From: a bacterium
GTDB taxonomy: Bacteria; UBA10199; 2-02-FULL-44-16; JAAZCA01
Direction of reading: 5' to 3'
Length of the DNA: 64,000 nucleotides
Assembly: GCA_963674695.2 (NCBI GenBank)
Contig: CAXXGI010000002.1
Span: 32,001 to 96,000 of the forward strand
Shown: positions 1 to 9,997 of the stretch, one piece after another
Layout of the letters: each line of letters opens with the position of its first letter
Numbering within the stretch: position 1 is the stretch's first letter
Program-made: the position numbers and the translations under genes
The notes under the pieces: model-generated
What the model was told of the DNA's origin: nothing
Seen by the model: the letters and a program-made list of their open reading frames with translations, nothing else
Database searches by the model: none

Positions 1-4
1 CATC

Positions 5-1069
5 GTGGGTCTGGCCGCACAGAACTCGCTGAGCAATCTCTTCGCGGGGCTCTCCATCCAGATGGAGCGACCCTATGCGATCGGCGAATGGATCCAATAT
101 AATGATACGATCGGCCGCGTGATCGGCGTGGGATGGAAGTCGACGCGCGTGCGCACCTTCGACGATGAAATCGTCTACATCCCGAACCTCGACATCGTCA
201 AGACGACGGTGACCAATTTTTCGAAGCCAACGCCCATGCACTACATGAACGTCTCCATCGGCGTCGAATATGGCGCGGCGCCCAATCATGTGCGCAAGGT
301 GCTCCTGGAAGTCTGTCGACACGACCCGCGCGTGCTCGCGCACCCGGTGCCGGAAGTACGCCTCGTCGATTACGGTGATTTCGCCATCACCTATGATGTG
401 CGTTTCGCCTACAACGGATACGGCCAATCGCCGCGCCTGCGCTCGGATATTCAGTACCGTTTTTGGTATGCCTTAAATCGCGTCGGAATCCGCATTCCCT
501 TTCCGATTCGCGACGTGCATCATCGACATATCGAACGCCGCATCGAAGAGGAAAAGAGCAAACAGGTGCGCCTCGAAGCACGGGGGGAGATCGATCGCGT
601 GCCCATCGTCGAACCGCTCTCGGTTGCCGAACGCGACCTGCTCGGCGCCCGCATGCAGATCCAGACCTTCGGCGATAATGAAACGATCGTCGCTCAAGGG
701 GACGCCGGCGATTCGCTCCACATCCTCCATGACGGCGCCTGCGATATCTTCGTTCGCAATGAACGGGGGGGACAGGCCAAGGTCAGTCAACTCACGCCCC
801 CCGCGTTTTTCGGCGAGATGAGCCTGCTCACCGGAGAGCCGCGCTCGGCCACCGTGCGCGCCGTGGGCGATACCACCGTCTTCACGATCGACAAGGAACT
901 CTTCGGCGAGATCCTCACCGCAAACCCGACCGTCTCGGATGCACTCGCGCAGGCGCTGGCCAAACGCTCCGACGACACGCGCGAGAGCGTCGGGCGCTCC
1001 AACGAGGACGAACGCCGCCGCGCCTCACAGCTCAAGGCAAGGATTAAGAAGTTTTTTGGAATGGGGTAG
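5..1069 (+). CDS. MscS-family mechanosensitive channel with C-terminal cyclic-nucleotide-binding domain (5'-truncated by window edge)
   Basis: GLAAQNSLSNLFAGL and RPYAIGEWI...IPN MscS motifs; C-terminal QGDAGDSLHIL and FFGEMSLLTGEPRSATVRA cNMP-binding signature. Confidence 0.9.
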   Translation: MGLAAQNSLSNLFAGLSIQMERPYAIGEWIQYNDTIGRVIGVGWKSTRVRTFDDEIVYIPNLDIVKTTVTNFSKPTPMHYMNVSIGVEYGAAPNHVRKVLLEVCRHDPRVLAHPVPEVRLVDYGDFAITYDVRFAYNGYGQSPRLRSDIQYRFWYALNRVGIRIPFPIRDVHHRHIERRIEEEKSKQVRLEARGEIDRVPIVEPLSVAERDLLGARMQIQTFGDNETIVAQGDAGDSLHILHDGACDIFVRNERGGQAKVSQLTPPAFFGEMSLLTGEPRSATVRAVGDTTVFTIDKELFGEILTANPTVSDALAQALAKRSDDTRESVGRSNEDERRRASQLKARIKKFFGMG

Positions 1070-1100
1070 GGAAAGCAATGGTCGGTGAGGTCGTATCGAT

Positions 1101-1988
1101 TCACCACGAACGGGCGGCCGATAGGTCGATAAGCGGCCCGATCTGCTCCTCGAGTCGCCCGACCCCCTCGCGCTCCGGGCGGGGGACCTCCTCGGCGTTC
1201 CTATAATCCTTCACGGCACCCTTGATCGTCATCGCGGTAAACTGGCGCCCGCCCTTCTCGAACGTGAACGATCGCGCTGAGCGCAGCGCCTCATGCGCCG
1301 CCTCCCGATGGCGTCCCGTGGCACTCAGAACGGCCGACATCAGCATATGTCCACATGCGACTGAGACGCCATGCCCACCGAGATGTCCCACATAGATGAT
1401 GCGCGACAGGAGCGTCCGAAGAAACATCTGTTTCACCGGATTCAGGGAGTGCAACAGGTCACGCTGCTGGGAATCATTTATCTTGGATGAAAAACAGGGC
1501 ATCTCCAACACCGTTCGATGCCATGAGCGAGCGACCGCTGCGATCGCCGGTCGATATCCTTCGGTCGTTCGGCACCCTTCGGCGATCAGCTCCGAGACGA
1601 GCGCCGCCGACGTAAAACGCCCCTCCTCCTCCAACAACATCTTCACCCGTTCCAGCGCCGAACCCGATGGCGTCCCTTCATCGCTCCTGTCTCGGCCGGC
1701 ACTCTTCATGATGGTCCGATGCAGATCTTCCCTCGCCCGCTCGCCCGGGAAGGAAAAGGACCTCCCCCCGAAGGTCCCCCGCAGGGGAGACTGCATCAGC
1801 GGCTTGAGCGGCGTCATCGACGACGTCGCATCAGGTTCCGACGACGGCGGGGTATAAGCGATCTCACCGGTCACCTCATCGATCGCCTCGGGGGAAAAGC
1901 CGATCCCATTGTCATTGAAGAATTGATCGATGGCCGCGCGCGCACCGACCGAGCCAACAGTCATGTTCGATGAAGTGAGAAGAGACAT
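1101..1988 (-). CDS. Hypothetical protein, paralog 3 of a tandem orphan family
   Basis: Shares N-terminal AIDQFFNDNGIGFSPEAID..TGEIAYTPP and C-terminal GRHREAAHEALRSAR with the two upstream genes. Confidence 0.75.
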   Translation of the reverse strand: MSLLTSSNMTVGSVGARAAIDQFFNDNGIGFSPEAIDEVTGEIAYTPPSSEPDATSSMTPLKPLMQSPLRGTFGGRSFSFPGERAREDLHRTIMKSAGRDRSDEGTPSGSALERVKMLLEEEGRFTSAALVSELIAEGCRTTEGYRPAIAAVARSWHRTVLEMPCFSSKINDSQQRDLLHSLNPVKQMFLRTLLSRIIYVGHLGGHGVSVACGHMLMSAVLSATGRHREAAHEALRSARSFTFEKGGRQFTAMTIKGAVKDYRNAEEVPRPEREGVGRLEEQIGPLIDLSAARSW

Positions 1989-1991
1989 CGA

Positions 1992-3244
1992 TCATCCTCC
2001 CTTTCCCGTCTGTGCGTCGCTCGACCCGTCGCCCCGCGAGGCGTCGAGAATGTGTTCGATCTCCTGCTGCAGCTCTTTGATCCCCTCCCGCTCCTGCGGG
2101 GAGGCTTCCTCCGCCTCTTCATAGTTCAGCACGGCGTTGTCGAGCATATCCGCAACCGCGTCCGCCGACTTCCCGGAACGGGCAAAGACCTGGGCGGCGC
2201 GCACCGCCTCGTGCGCCGATTCCCGATAGCGCGCATCGTTGTAGAGGGTTATCGCCAGGAGCGCCTGCGCATTTCCGATGAAGGCCAGCATCTCCGGATC
2301 CTCCGAAACGCCCGAATACCCTTCATAGATCGCCCGGGAGAGAAGGATCTTCATGAGGACGATCTCCGGCGTGCTCATGCGGTCCCATGCCGCATCGTCT
2401 TCTCTCTCTCCGGAGAAATAGGGCATCGCCTCGACCAGCCGATACCAGGATAAGGCAGCTTCCACCAGGTACCACGACGTGTACTTCCGATTGCCGATCG
2501 ACTGAAATCCGGCAGCGGTCAGCTCCGAGATGAGCGCCGCCTCCGCATGCCAGCGCACCGACTTGGCCCTCTTCACCGCGCTGTCCAAACAGCGCAAACT
2601 CGAATGCGTCTCGAATCGACCGCTGTCGCCCACGGCGCGGATCGCGCTGTCCAGGAGGGCCTCGATCGTCCCCGTCACCAAGACGGGGTCGTCGCCGCGC
2701 ATCTGCTGTTCGAACTCCTCCAGCGGGATCCGCATCTGAATGCGCGACGGAAGCTTCGTCGCCCTGGTGATCGCCATGACATCGCCAATCTTGGTGAACC
2801 CCAGGGCCATCTCGACGTCCACGTCCTCGGAGGGGTGTTCGGCATCGAAGAGCCGCTGCGAGTGCTGTGCCGCCATCTCATAGAGCATCCCTTGCAACTG
2901 AAACCACGTCCGGGGATAGGCCCCGACGACGGAACGCGATGCGAGTTCCTGCGCCGCAGGCCGCATGATATGGGCATGGATAAGATCGGCACCGCTTTGA
3001 TACGCCCCGGCGAGCCTCGCATCCGCCGCGGGGACGGGCAGCGCCAGGAGAGGTTCGGGCGGCGCCAACTCCGGCATCGCCTCGAACGCCGCGGGGTCCG
3101 GCGGCGGCGCATAGTCGACCTCGCCCGTCGTCCCGTCGTCCCGTCGAGTTCCTGCGGGATGAGGCCGATGTTGTTGTCGACGCAGAACGTGTCGATGGCC
3201 GAAACCAGGCCCGTAGCTGCCGGTGGCGGTGTGATGAGCGTCAT
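1992..3244 (-). pseudogene. Orphan paralog 2, frameshifted by an 8-bp tandem duplication
   Basis: GGAGGAG RBS and ATG at 3244; N-terminus AIDTFCVDNNIGLIPQELDGTTG is in a different frame from ORF 1992..3077; removing one ACGACGGG unit (3124-3146) gives LDGTTGEVDYAPPP...MPELAPP, matching the paralogs. Confidence 0.8.
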
Positions 3245-3274
3245 AATGGTGGTCTCCTCCTCAGATCATCCTCT

Positions 3275-3301
3275 TCATCGCGGCGGGCGCAAAAAAGTTG
3301 C
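3275..3301 (-). promoter_or_regulatory. Putative alternative-sigma promoter (CAACTT-N14-CGAT motif)
   Basis: GCAACTTTTTTGCGCCCGCCGCGATGA, about 30 nt before ATG 3244. Confidence 0.55.
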
Positions 3302-3338
3302 CCATTTTTATCCCAACCGTCGGTTCCTCTCCGGTGTG

Positions 3339-4505
3339 CTATTTCTTTTTGGGAAAGAGCTGCCGGGCCTGTGCGATGAGCGCGGTCATCGCCCGGCACT
3401 CAGTCGGTGAGACGCTCGGCACACACTCCAGCTCCCCCGCTGCATCGACGATGAGTTTCAGAACGACATCGCCAATGGACTCGACGTCCAAGGGCCAATC
3501 GGAGGACGCATCCCTCCTCGTCGCCAGCATGTTCCGCGCCGACCGGAGGGTTTCATACGCCGCGTCCCGATGCCGCCCCTCAGCGCTCATCATCATGGCC
3601 GACGCCTGCTGGGCCCTGGCAAGATAATACCGGGTGACGCCGTGCGACCCTCCGAGATGTCCGTTTAAAATAGCGTGTGAGATGATCATGCGCTGGAGTG
3701 CCGGTCCGATCCGGCCCATTTCGGAAGGGGGCAGCAGTTGTGAGAGAAAAAACCACGCTCCGGCAGCCTGGGCGGAGGCCTCCGCGAATCGATCCGCATG
3801 CCCCAACGCCCGCCATCCCGACGCCGCCAGTTCCGTCAGAAGCGCCGCGTCCGAAAATCGCTCCGAGATGGTCGCAAACGACGACGCCCCCATCAGCAAT
3901 TCGAGGACGCTTTCCTGTTCAAATCGTCCATGGTGTCCGGCCATATCGATCGCCGCCAGAAGGCGTGCATTCATCGCCAAATTCGTGGCGAACGCATTCC
4001 CCTCCATGGCCTGGCGATGGAGTTCGTCGACATCCCCCTTCGGATCCACCTCCCTCGGCGTGTGAGTGAAAACCCTCATCGCGAGAAATTCGTGACTCAC
4101 GGTCTGTCCCGTGAGGATCACGACCGAAGGAGTCTCCGGCGCAGTCGTCGGGGAAAACATGCCACCCGCGCTCGAGGCGTCCGCCGCCATGGAAAAAAGA
4201 TTCCCCTGGAGTTCCAGCCATCGGTGCGGATAGTCGGCGTCGTCGGTGAAACGCGGGTTAAAATCCTTCATGTACGCGCTGGTCTCCCGATAGACCCGTT
4301 TCACCTCCGCGTCCGCCGCGGGGACCGGAAAGATGAGGAGCGGTTCGATCCAAGCGTCGACCTCCTCGGCCTCCGCTGGCGGCGCATAGACGACCCCGGC
4401 GTTATCGTCGATCGCCTGGGGATGGATGCCGATATCGCTGTCGCCGAAGAACTGATCGATGGACAGAATCAAGGCGCCAAAATTCGGCATGATCGTGTTC
4501 GGCAT
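3339..4505 (-). CDS. Hypothetical protein, paralog 1 of a tandem orphan family
   Basis: AAGGAG RBS; SIDQFFGDSDIGIHPQAIDDNAGVVYAPP, PVPAADA and GRHRDAAYETLRSAR shared with neighbours. Confidence 0.75.
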   Translation of the reverse strand: MPNTIMPNFGALILSIDQFFGDSDIGIHPQAIDDNAGVVYAPPAEAEEVDAWIEPLLIFPVPAADAEVKRVYRETSAYMKDFNPRFTDDADYPHRWLELQGNLFSMAADASSAGGMFSPTTAPETPSVVILTGQTVSHEFLAMRVFTHTPREVDPKGDVDELHRQAMEGNAFATNLAMNARLLAAIDMAGHHGRFEQESVLELLMGASSFATISERFSDAALLTELAASGWRALGHADRFAEASAQAAGAWFFLSQLLPPSEMGRIGPALQRMIISHAILNGHLGGSHGVTRYYLARAQQASAMMMSAEGRHRDAAYETLRSARNMLATRRDASSDWPLDVESIGDVVLKLIVDAAGELECVPSVSPTECRAMTALIAQARQLFPKKK

Positions 4506-4629
4506 ATACGGTGCTCCTTTTCATCGTGAAATCCCGCCCTTCTCTTATGATCCGAGGGCCGAAGAATCAAATCCCGTTTAAAAATGGCATGCGATGACAA
4601 GACGCGGTGGAATCGAAAAGGAGGGGCGA

Positions 4630-6012
4630 TCACTTCTTGTACGTCGACAGAAACCGTTCCACCTCGGGGATGCCACCTTGGTAGACGAGGTAGCCGTTGT
4701 GCGGTTCGCGCTCGGTGGTCTCGCCGGCGATGGGCATGAGCATCAGTTCGCGAATTTTTTCGGGATCTTCGGTCTGCCCCAGCGTCCAACAGAGCTTCAT
4801 GTAGGCCGCTTCCGGCAACATATTTTCGCAGGGGATGACGCCGAGTTCGAGGAGATAGCGACCGGTGTCGTAGACGTTCATGTGCACGTAGCCCCAGAGC
4901 GTCTGGACCGTCATGACGACGGTCACGCCCGCATCGACCGCGCGTTTGAGCGACGGATTGAGCGCGGCGTTGACGTGCCCAAGCCCCGTTCCCGCGATCA
5001 CGATTCCGCGATAGCCGTTTGCAACGAGACTGTCGACCATGTCGGGGCGCATGCCGGGGTAGTAATAGAGGATGGAGACGCGATCGTCATAGGCGGGGAC
5101 GATCTTCACCTCGCGATCGTCGCGGCGCTTGCGATACGGGCGTAGCGCCGCGACGCGATCGCTCCAGCACATGGCGATCGGAATCTCGCCGATCGTCCGA
5201 AACGTCGAGCGATAGCTCGAGTGCATCTTGCGCACGCGCGTGCCCATGTGCAGCAGGCCGTAGTCGTCGGAGGTCGGCCCGAACATGCAGACCATGACCT
5301 CGGCGATGTCGGAGTGCCCCGCGGTGAAGGCGGCGTTCAGGAGATTGCGCGCGGCATCGGAAGAAGGGCGATCGGAGGAGCGCTGACTGCCCACCAGGAC
5401 GATCGGAACCGGCGTATTTTGCACCATGTAGGAGAGGATCGATGCGGTGTGGTGCATCGTGTCGGTCCCGTGTCCGATCACGATCCCGCGCACACCCTCG
5501 CCGATGAGTCGCCCGATCTCCTCGGCCAGGACCTTGTACTGCTCGGGCCCCATGTTCTCGGAGAAGACGCCGAAGAGTTTTTTCGTCGTCAGGTTGCACG
5601 CATCGGCCAGTTCCGGAACCGCGCCGTAGAGTTCGCCGGGTGAGAAGGCCGGCACCACAGCACCCGTCGTATAGTCGAGCCGCGAGGCGATCGTGCCGCC
5701 CGTGCCCAGGAGCGTGACATTCGGTTTGCGTTTGTCGAACGGAAACTCCTGCTCCGGGATGGAATAGTGCCCCTCGCGACGCCCGACCTTTCGAATCGCC
5801 TGAATCGAATCGACATGCACGCCGGTGTTGTATCCGCTGTCCATCTTGATGACGATGTGGAGGGGATCCTCGGTCTTCGAGCGGGGGAGAATGAGGCCGG
5901 CAAACGGCCCCTTCGGCGTGTCGATCTCGACGCGATCCCAGACCTCGACGCCAAACTTCTTCAGGACATCGAGCCCCGGAGAGCGGTACCCCTTGTGCAC
6001 ATCATCGGACAT
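4630..6012 (-). CDS. gatD: Glu-tRNA(Gln) amidotransferase subunit D (archaeal-type)
   Basis: N-terminal GatD_N-like domain (LILPR..HIVIKMDSGYNTG) plus asparaginase-like core TGGTIASRLDYTTGAV, HGTDTM, GSQRSSDRPSSDA, GTRVRKMHSS. Confidence 0.92.
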   Translation of the reverse strand: MSDDVHKGYRSPGLDVLKKFGVEVWDRVEIDTPKGPFAGLILPRSKTEDPLHIVIKMDSGYNTGVHVDSIQAIRKVGRREGHYSIPEQEFPFDKRKPNVTLLGTGGTIASRLDYTTGAVVPAFSPGELYGAVPELADACNLTTKKLFGVFSENMGPEQYKVLAEEIGRLIGEGVRGIVIGHGTDTMHHTASILSYMVQNTPVPIVLVGSQRSSDRPSSDAARNLLNAAFTAGHSDIAEVMVCMFGPTSDDYGLLHMGTRVRKMHSSYRSTFRTIGEIPIAMCWSDRVAALRPYRKRRDDREVKIVPAYDDRVSILYYYPGMRPDMVDSLVANGYRGIVIAGTGLGHVNAALNPSLKRAVDAGVTVVMTVQTLWGYVHMNVYDTGRYLLELGVIPCENMLPEAAYMKLCWTLGQTEDPEKIRELMLMPIAGETTEREPHNGYLVYQGGIPEVERFLSTYKK

Positions 6013-6107
6013 ATCGGCAACCTCCCGGGAAACGTCATCCCAGGGGGGTTCTCGCCGGATCGGAGCGGGTTGTCAAGACACCCTCGATCCCGTACAATTC
6101 GGATCCC

Positions 6108-7313
6108 ATGCGCAAAAACCTCCTCGTCATCCTGCTCCTCATCGGCGCCACCGCCGGCGCCCTCTGCGGCTGGTGGTTCGGCCCACGCATGGAGGCCGTC
6201 GCCTTCATCGGCGACTTCTTCCTCACCCTCCTCTGGATGCTGGTGGTCCCGCTCATCCTCTTCTCGATGATCGCGGGGGTCGCCAGCCTCGGCGACATTC
6301 GGCGCGTCGGCGGCATCGGCCTCAAGACCCTCTTCTATTATTTTTCCACGACCGCAGCAGCGGTCTTCGTGGGTCTCGTCCTCGTCAGCATCATCCAGCC
6401 GGGTCGGGGGATCGCCATCGTCGGAAGTGTGGTGGAATCGAGTGCCGTGCAGGCCGGCTTTGTCCAGATCCTCAACTCCTTCATCCATCCCAACATCGTT
6501 CAGGCGATGGCGGAGACGAAGATCCTTCCGATCATCGTCATCTCCATCGCCTTCGGCGCGGCGCTCACGACCCTGGGCGAACGGGGCCGGGCGGTCATTC
6601 GCATCTGTGAGACGATCAATCAGGCCATCCTCGTCATCGTGCGACTCGTCATGTGGCTCGCGCCCGTCGGCGTCTTCGCCCTCGTCGCGGCAAAGCTCGG
6701 GGCGAGCGGGGGAGGGGATGCCTTTCTCGCAGAGCTGGCAAAGGTCGGAAAATATACCGCCACGGTGATCATCGGTCTCGGCATCCATGCCGTCGTCGTC
6801 CTACCCCTCATCCTCTGGATATTCGGGCGCCGCAATCCGCTGACCTATGCCTGGGGGATGATCGAAGCGCTCGTGACGGCTTTTTCCACCTCGTCGAGTT
6901 CGGCCACGCTTCCGGTCACCCTCGAAGCGCTCAAGGATCGCAACCACGTGAAGGAAGCGGCCGCCGATTTTGTCGCGCCGATCGGCGCCACGATCAACAT
7001 GGATGGCACCGCGCTCTACGAAGCGGTCGCGGCGATGTTCATCGCCCAGCGCTACGGCATCGAGCTGAGCTTCTTTCAGCAGTTCCTCATCTTCATCACG
7101 GCCACGCTCGCCTCCATCGGCGCGGCCGGCATCCCGCAGGCCGGTCTGATCACGATGGTGATCGTCCTCGAGGCCGTGGGACTTCCGCGCGAAGGGATCG
7201 GCATCATCCTCGCCGTCGACTGGTTCCTCGACCGCTGCCGCACGACCGTCAATGTCTGGGGAGATTCCGTCGGCGCCGCCGTCATCGAACGCGTCAAAGA
7301 GATGCGCGGGTGA
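6108..7313 (+). CDS. Dicarboxylate/amino acid:cation symporter (DAACS, GltP-like)
   Basis: AFSTSSSSATLP, GATINMDGTALYE, GAAGIP, DRCRTTVNVWGD motifs; hydrophobic. Confidence 0.93.
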   Translation: MRKNLLVILLLIGATAGALCGWWFGPRMEAVAFIGDFFLTLLWMLVVPLILFSMIAGVASLGDIRRVGGIGLKTLFYYFSTTAAAVFVGLVLVSIIQPGRGIAIVGSVVESSAVQAGFVQILNSFIHPNIVQAMAETKILPIIVISIAFGAALTTLGERGRAVIRICETINQAILVIVRLVMWLAPVGVFALVAAKLGASGGGDAFLAELAKVGKYTATVIIGLGIHAVVVLPLILWIFGRRNPLTYAWGMIEALVTAFSTSSSSATLPVTLEALKDRNHVKEAAADFVAPIGATINMDGTALYEAVAAMFIAQRYGIELSFFQQFLIFITATLASIGAAGIPQAGLITMVIVLEAVGLPREGIGIILAVDWFLDRCRTTVNVWGDSVGAAVIERVKEMRG

Positions 7314-7446
7314 TTCCCCTTGTCGCCTTCCCTCTCACCACGCGATTGTAAATCCAGGCGTGTGACCTGCCCGCCGGTTTGTTAGGCGGGGCCGAGACGG
7401 CGGTTCCGAAAAATGCCTTTCTCCAGGGGATTTCTGTCGCGCCGAT

Positions 7447-8058
7447 TTACGTCTCGCCATCTCCGCTTGCCAACATCCGCATGATCTCGGCGTCCTCGTC
7501 GGCGTTTTGTTCGGCCGCCTCATCGCGCAGGAGGAGCAGGCCGTCGAGGAGCGTGCGCTCGAAGCGATCGAGGCGCTCGGGGGCGGCCACCTGAAAGAGG
7601 ACGCGCGCGCCCGCCTCGGTCACGCGCACGGCACGCGCATGCATCGTCCCATCGACGCGATAGCACAGCTCCCTCGAACGGAGGCGATAGGCATCCCCCT
7701 GGATGGGGGCATCGACGAAATGGGTGTGATGATCGACGCCGTGTTGGTCGGGCAGTTCGCGCGCGAAGAATTCGATCACCTGCGCACGCCGAATGCGAAA
7801 GAGCTCGCCCTTTTCGCGTTCGGCCTCGCGCCAGAGCAGGATCATCGTCCCGTGCGAGGAACCGCCGCCGTCCGGGGCGTGCTGGGTATGGATGTATTCA
7901 TCGATCGCGCCGTCGCCATCGGCGTCGGCGAAGCGCTCTTCGTGAATGATGCCGTGTTCGTCCTGAAAGGAGAGTTCCAGGTATTCGTGATCTCTGGTCT
8001 GCTTGTAGACCGCATCGAGAATGCGAACCATGGGCCACCCGCTAACGCCCCCGGGCAC
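7447..8058 (-). CDS. Hypothetical protein (contains a DxDGDG Ca-binding-like loop)
   Basis: ORF fills the gap between symporter and gatE; DADGDGAIDE; preceded by the CAACTT/CGAT motif; start uncertain (GTG 8058 or ATG 8031). Confidence 0.6.
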   Translation of the reverse strand: MPGGVSGWPMVRILDAVYKQTRDHEYLELSFQDEHGIIHEERFADADGDGAIDEYIHTQHAPDGGGSSHGTMILLWREAEREKGELFRIRRAQVIEFFARELPDQHGVDHHTHFVDAPIQGDAYRLRSRELCYRVDGTMHARAVRVTEAGARVLFQVAAPERLDRFERTLLDGLLLLRDEAAEQNADEDAEIMRMLASGDGET

Positions 8059-8075
8059 ACGCGCCCCTCACACCT

Positions 8076-8105
8076 ATTATCGGTTGCCGGACAGGTGAAA
8101 GTTGC
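8076..8105 (-). promoter_or_regulatory. Putative alternative-sigma promoter (CAACTT-N16-CGAT motif)
   Basis: GCAACTTTCACCTGTCCGGCAACCGATAAT. Confidence 0.55.
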
Positions 8106-8205
8106 GTGAAATTCCAGAATTGCAGACAATTTTTCACTGCAGGGCGAACGCCGCCTCGTCATACCCCTTGCCTTGGAGCCTCCTTCATTCTATGCAGACA
8201 GCCAC

Positions 8206-9960
8206 ATGAGCGACGACCTCAAAAAACTCGGGTTCAAGTGCGGCGTGGAGATCCACCAGCAGCTGCTGACACAGAAGAAGCTCTTCTGCCGCTGCCCCGC
8301 GGGGCGCTATTCGCAGGAGCATCACGCCGAAGTCTTGCGCCACATGCGCCCGACGCTCTCGGAGATGGGCGTCTACGACGGCTGCGCGCTCATGGAGTTT
8401 AAGACCAAAAAGGATATCGTCTATCAGCTCAACAAGGAGAGTGTCTGCACCTATGAGATGGACGACACGCCCCCCTTTCCAATCAATGCCCAGGCGCTCG
8501 ACATCGCCATCGAGATCGCGCTCATCACCGGATGCTCCATCGTCGACGAGCTGCACATCGCGCGCAAACAGTACCTCGACGGCTCGATCCCGACGGGATT
8601 TCAGCGCACCGGGATCGTCGGCATCAATGGGAGCGTCCCCTTCGAGGGAGGCCAGATCCCGATCCGCCAGTTCTCGATCGAAGAGGATTCCTGCCGCGAG
8701 GTCAACGATTCGGGCCATCGCATCCATTTTCGTACCGATCGCCTCGGCATGCCGCTGATTGAAATCGTCACCGAACCCTGTTTTAAAACGCCCGAGGAGG
8801 CCGCGCGCGGCGTGCGCCACTTAGGGCGCCTCATGCGCGCGACCGGAGATGTCCGCCGCGGACTCGGTGCGGTGCGCCAGGACGTCAATGTCTCCATCGA
8901 TGGCGGCGCGCGCGTCGAGATCAAGGGCGTGCCGCGCTATCAGCTGATCCCAAACCTCACACGCATCGAGGCGCTGCGCCAAAAGGCGCTGCTCGGCATT
9001 CGCGAAGAGCTCATCCGCCGCGGCCTGACCAAAGAGACGCTCGAAACGAGCGAGCGCGACCTGACGGAGAGCTTTCGCAACACGCGCTCACCGATCTTGA
9101 GCGCGGCGCTCGAGCAGGGCCATCGCATCCGCGGCATCTGCATCCGTGGCATCGCCGGAATTCTGAACACGCCGACGCAGCCGGGCAGGATGTTCGCCTC
9201 GGAACTGGCCGGCCGTGTACGCGTCATCGCCTGTCTGGATGACATTCCGAACCTCTATCATACCGACAACTACCCCGAGTATCCGCGCACCCACATCGAC
9301 CGTCGCGCGATCCGGCTCGCCCTCAAACTCCGCGACGAGGACGTCGGCGTCATCGTCTGGGGTCCGGAGGCCGACACGATCACGGCGGCAAACGAGATCC
9401 GCGATCGCCTCGGCGAGGCCTTCGATGGCGTCCCGTGTGAGACGCGCCAACACCTGCGCGAGGGACTGACCGACTTCGAGCGGATTTTGCCGGGCGCGGA
9501 CCGGATGTACCCGGACACCGACCATCCGCCGGTGCGTATCACCGCCGAACGCGTCGAAAAGATTCGGGCCACCCTTCCGGAGCCGACAGCAGCGGTTGAG
9601 GCGCGTCTGCGCGCGCACGGCCTCCCCGAGGACACGATCGGCGACCTCGCACTCTCGACGCACGTCGCGCTCATCGATCGCCTGCATGCGGAAAAGTTCG
9701 ACATGAAGCTCGTGGGAAGGGTGCTGGGTCAAACCGCCCGGAGTCTCAAGCGACAGGGGATCAACATCGAGTGGATCACCGAGAAGAACTGGATCGCCTT
9801 TCTGCACCACACCGCGAAGGCCAAGACGAAACCCAAATACTTTGAAGCCGCCCTCATCGAATTCGCTGCCTCTCCAGAACGCACGATCGCTGAAATCCTG
9901 GACACCTTCGTTGAAGAGGGCCCTGCACTTCACGACAAAGAAGAACTGTCCGCAACTTGA
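8206..9960 (+). CDS. gatE: Glu-tRNA(Gln) amidotransferase subunit E (archaeal-type)
   Basis: GFKCGVEIHQQL..KLFCRCP, YEMDDTPP, RKQYLDGSIPTGFQRT, EEDSCR, DRLGMPLIEI, RRGLGAVRQDVNVSI, RVEIKGV, internal GAD-like insert, LPGADRMYPDTD. Confidence 0.92.
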   Translation: MSDDLKKLGFKCGVEIHQQLLTQKKLFCRCPAGRYSQEHHAEVLRHMRPTLSEMGVYDGCALMEFKTKKDIVYQLNKESVCTYEMDDTPPFPINAQALDIAIEIALITGCSIVDELHIARKQYLDGSIPTGFQRTGIVGINGSVPFEGGQIPIRQFSIEEDSCREVNDSGHRIHFRTDRLGMPLIEIVTEPCFKTPEEAARGVRHLGRLMRATGDVRRGLGAVRQDVNVSIDGGARVEIKGVPRYQLIPNLTRIEALRQKALLGIREELIRRGLTKETLETSERDLTESFRNTRSPILSAALEQGHRIRGICIRGIAGILNTPTQPGRMFASELAGRVRVIACLDDIPNLYHTDNYPEYPRTHIDRRAIRLALKLRDEDVGVIVWGPEADTITAANEIRDRLGEAFDGVPCETRQHLREGLTDFERILPGADRMYPDTDHPPVRITAERVEKIRATLPEPTAAVEARLRAHGLPEDTIGDLALSTHVALIDRLHAEKFDMKLVGRVLGQTARSLKRQGINIEWITEKNWIAFLHHTAKAKTKPKYFEAALIEFAASPERTIAEILDTFVEEGPALHDKEELSAT

Positions 9961-9980
9961 ACTCCCCGTCGGCCGATAAT
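9952..9980 (+). promoter_or_regulatory. Putative alternative-sigma promoter (CAACTT-N15-CGAT motif), overlapping the gatE stop
   Basis: GCAACTTGAACTCCCCGTCGGCCGATAAT, about 20 nt before ATG 9998. Confidence 0.6.
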
Positions 9981-9997
9981 CGATAGAGGATCCATTC

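Noticed and set aside
4630-6012. Calling this L-asparaginase I (ansA)
   Set aside because: Extra N-terminal domain and the SQRSSDRPSSD and RKMHSS motifs are GatD-specific, and gatE is nearby
8206-9960. Calling this gatB
   Set aside because: It has GatE-specific EIHQQL, DGSxPxGFQRT and RQDVNVSI motifs plus an internal insert, and lacks the GatB RKNYFYPD motif
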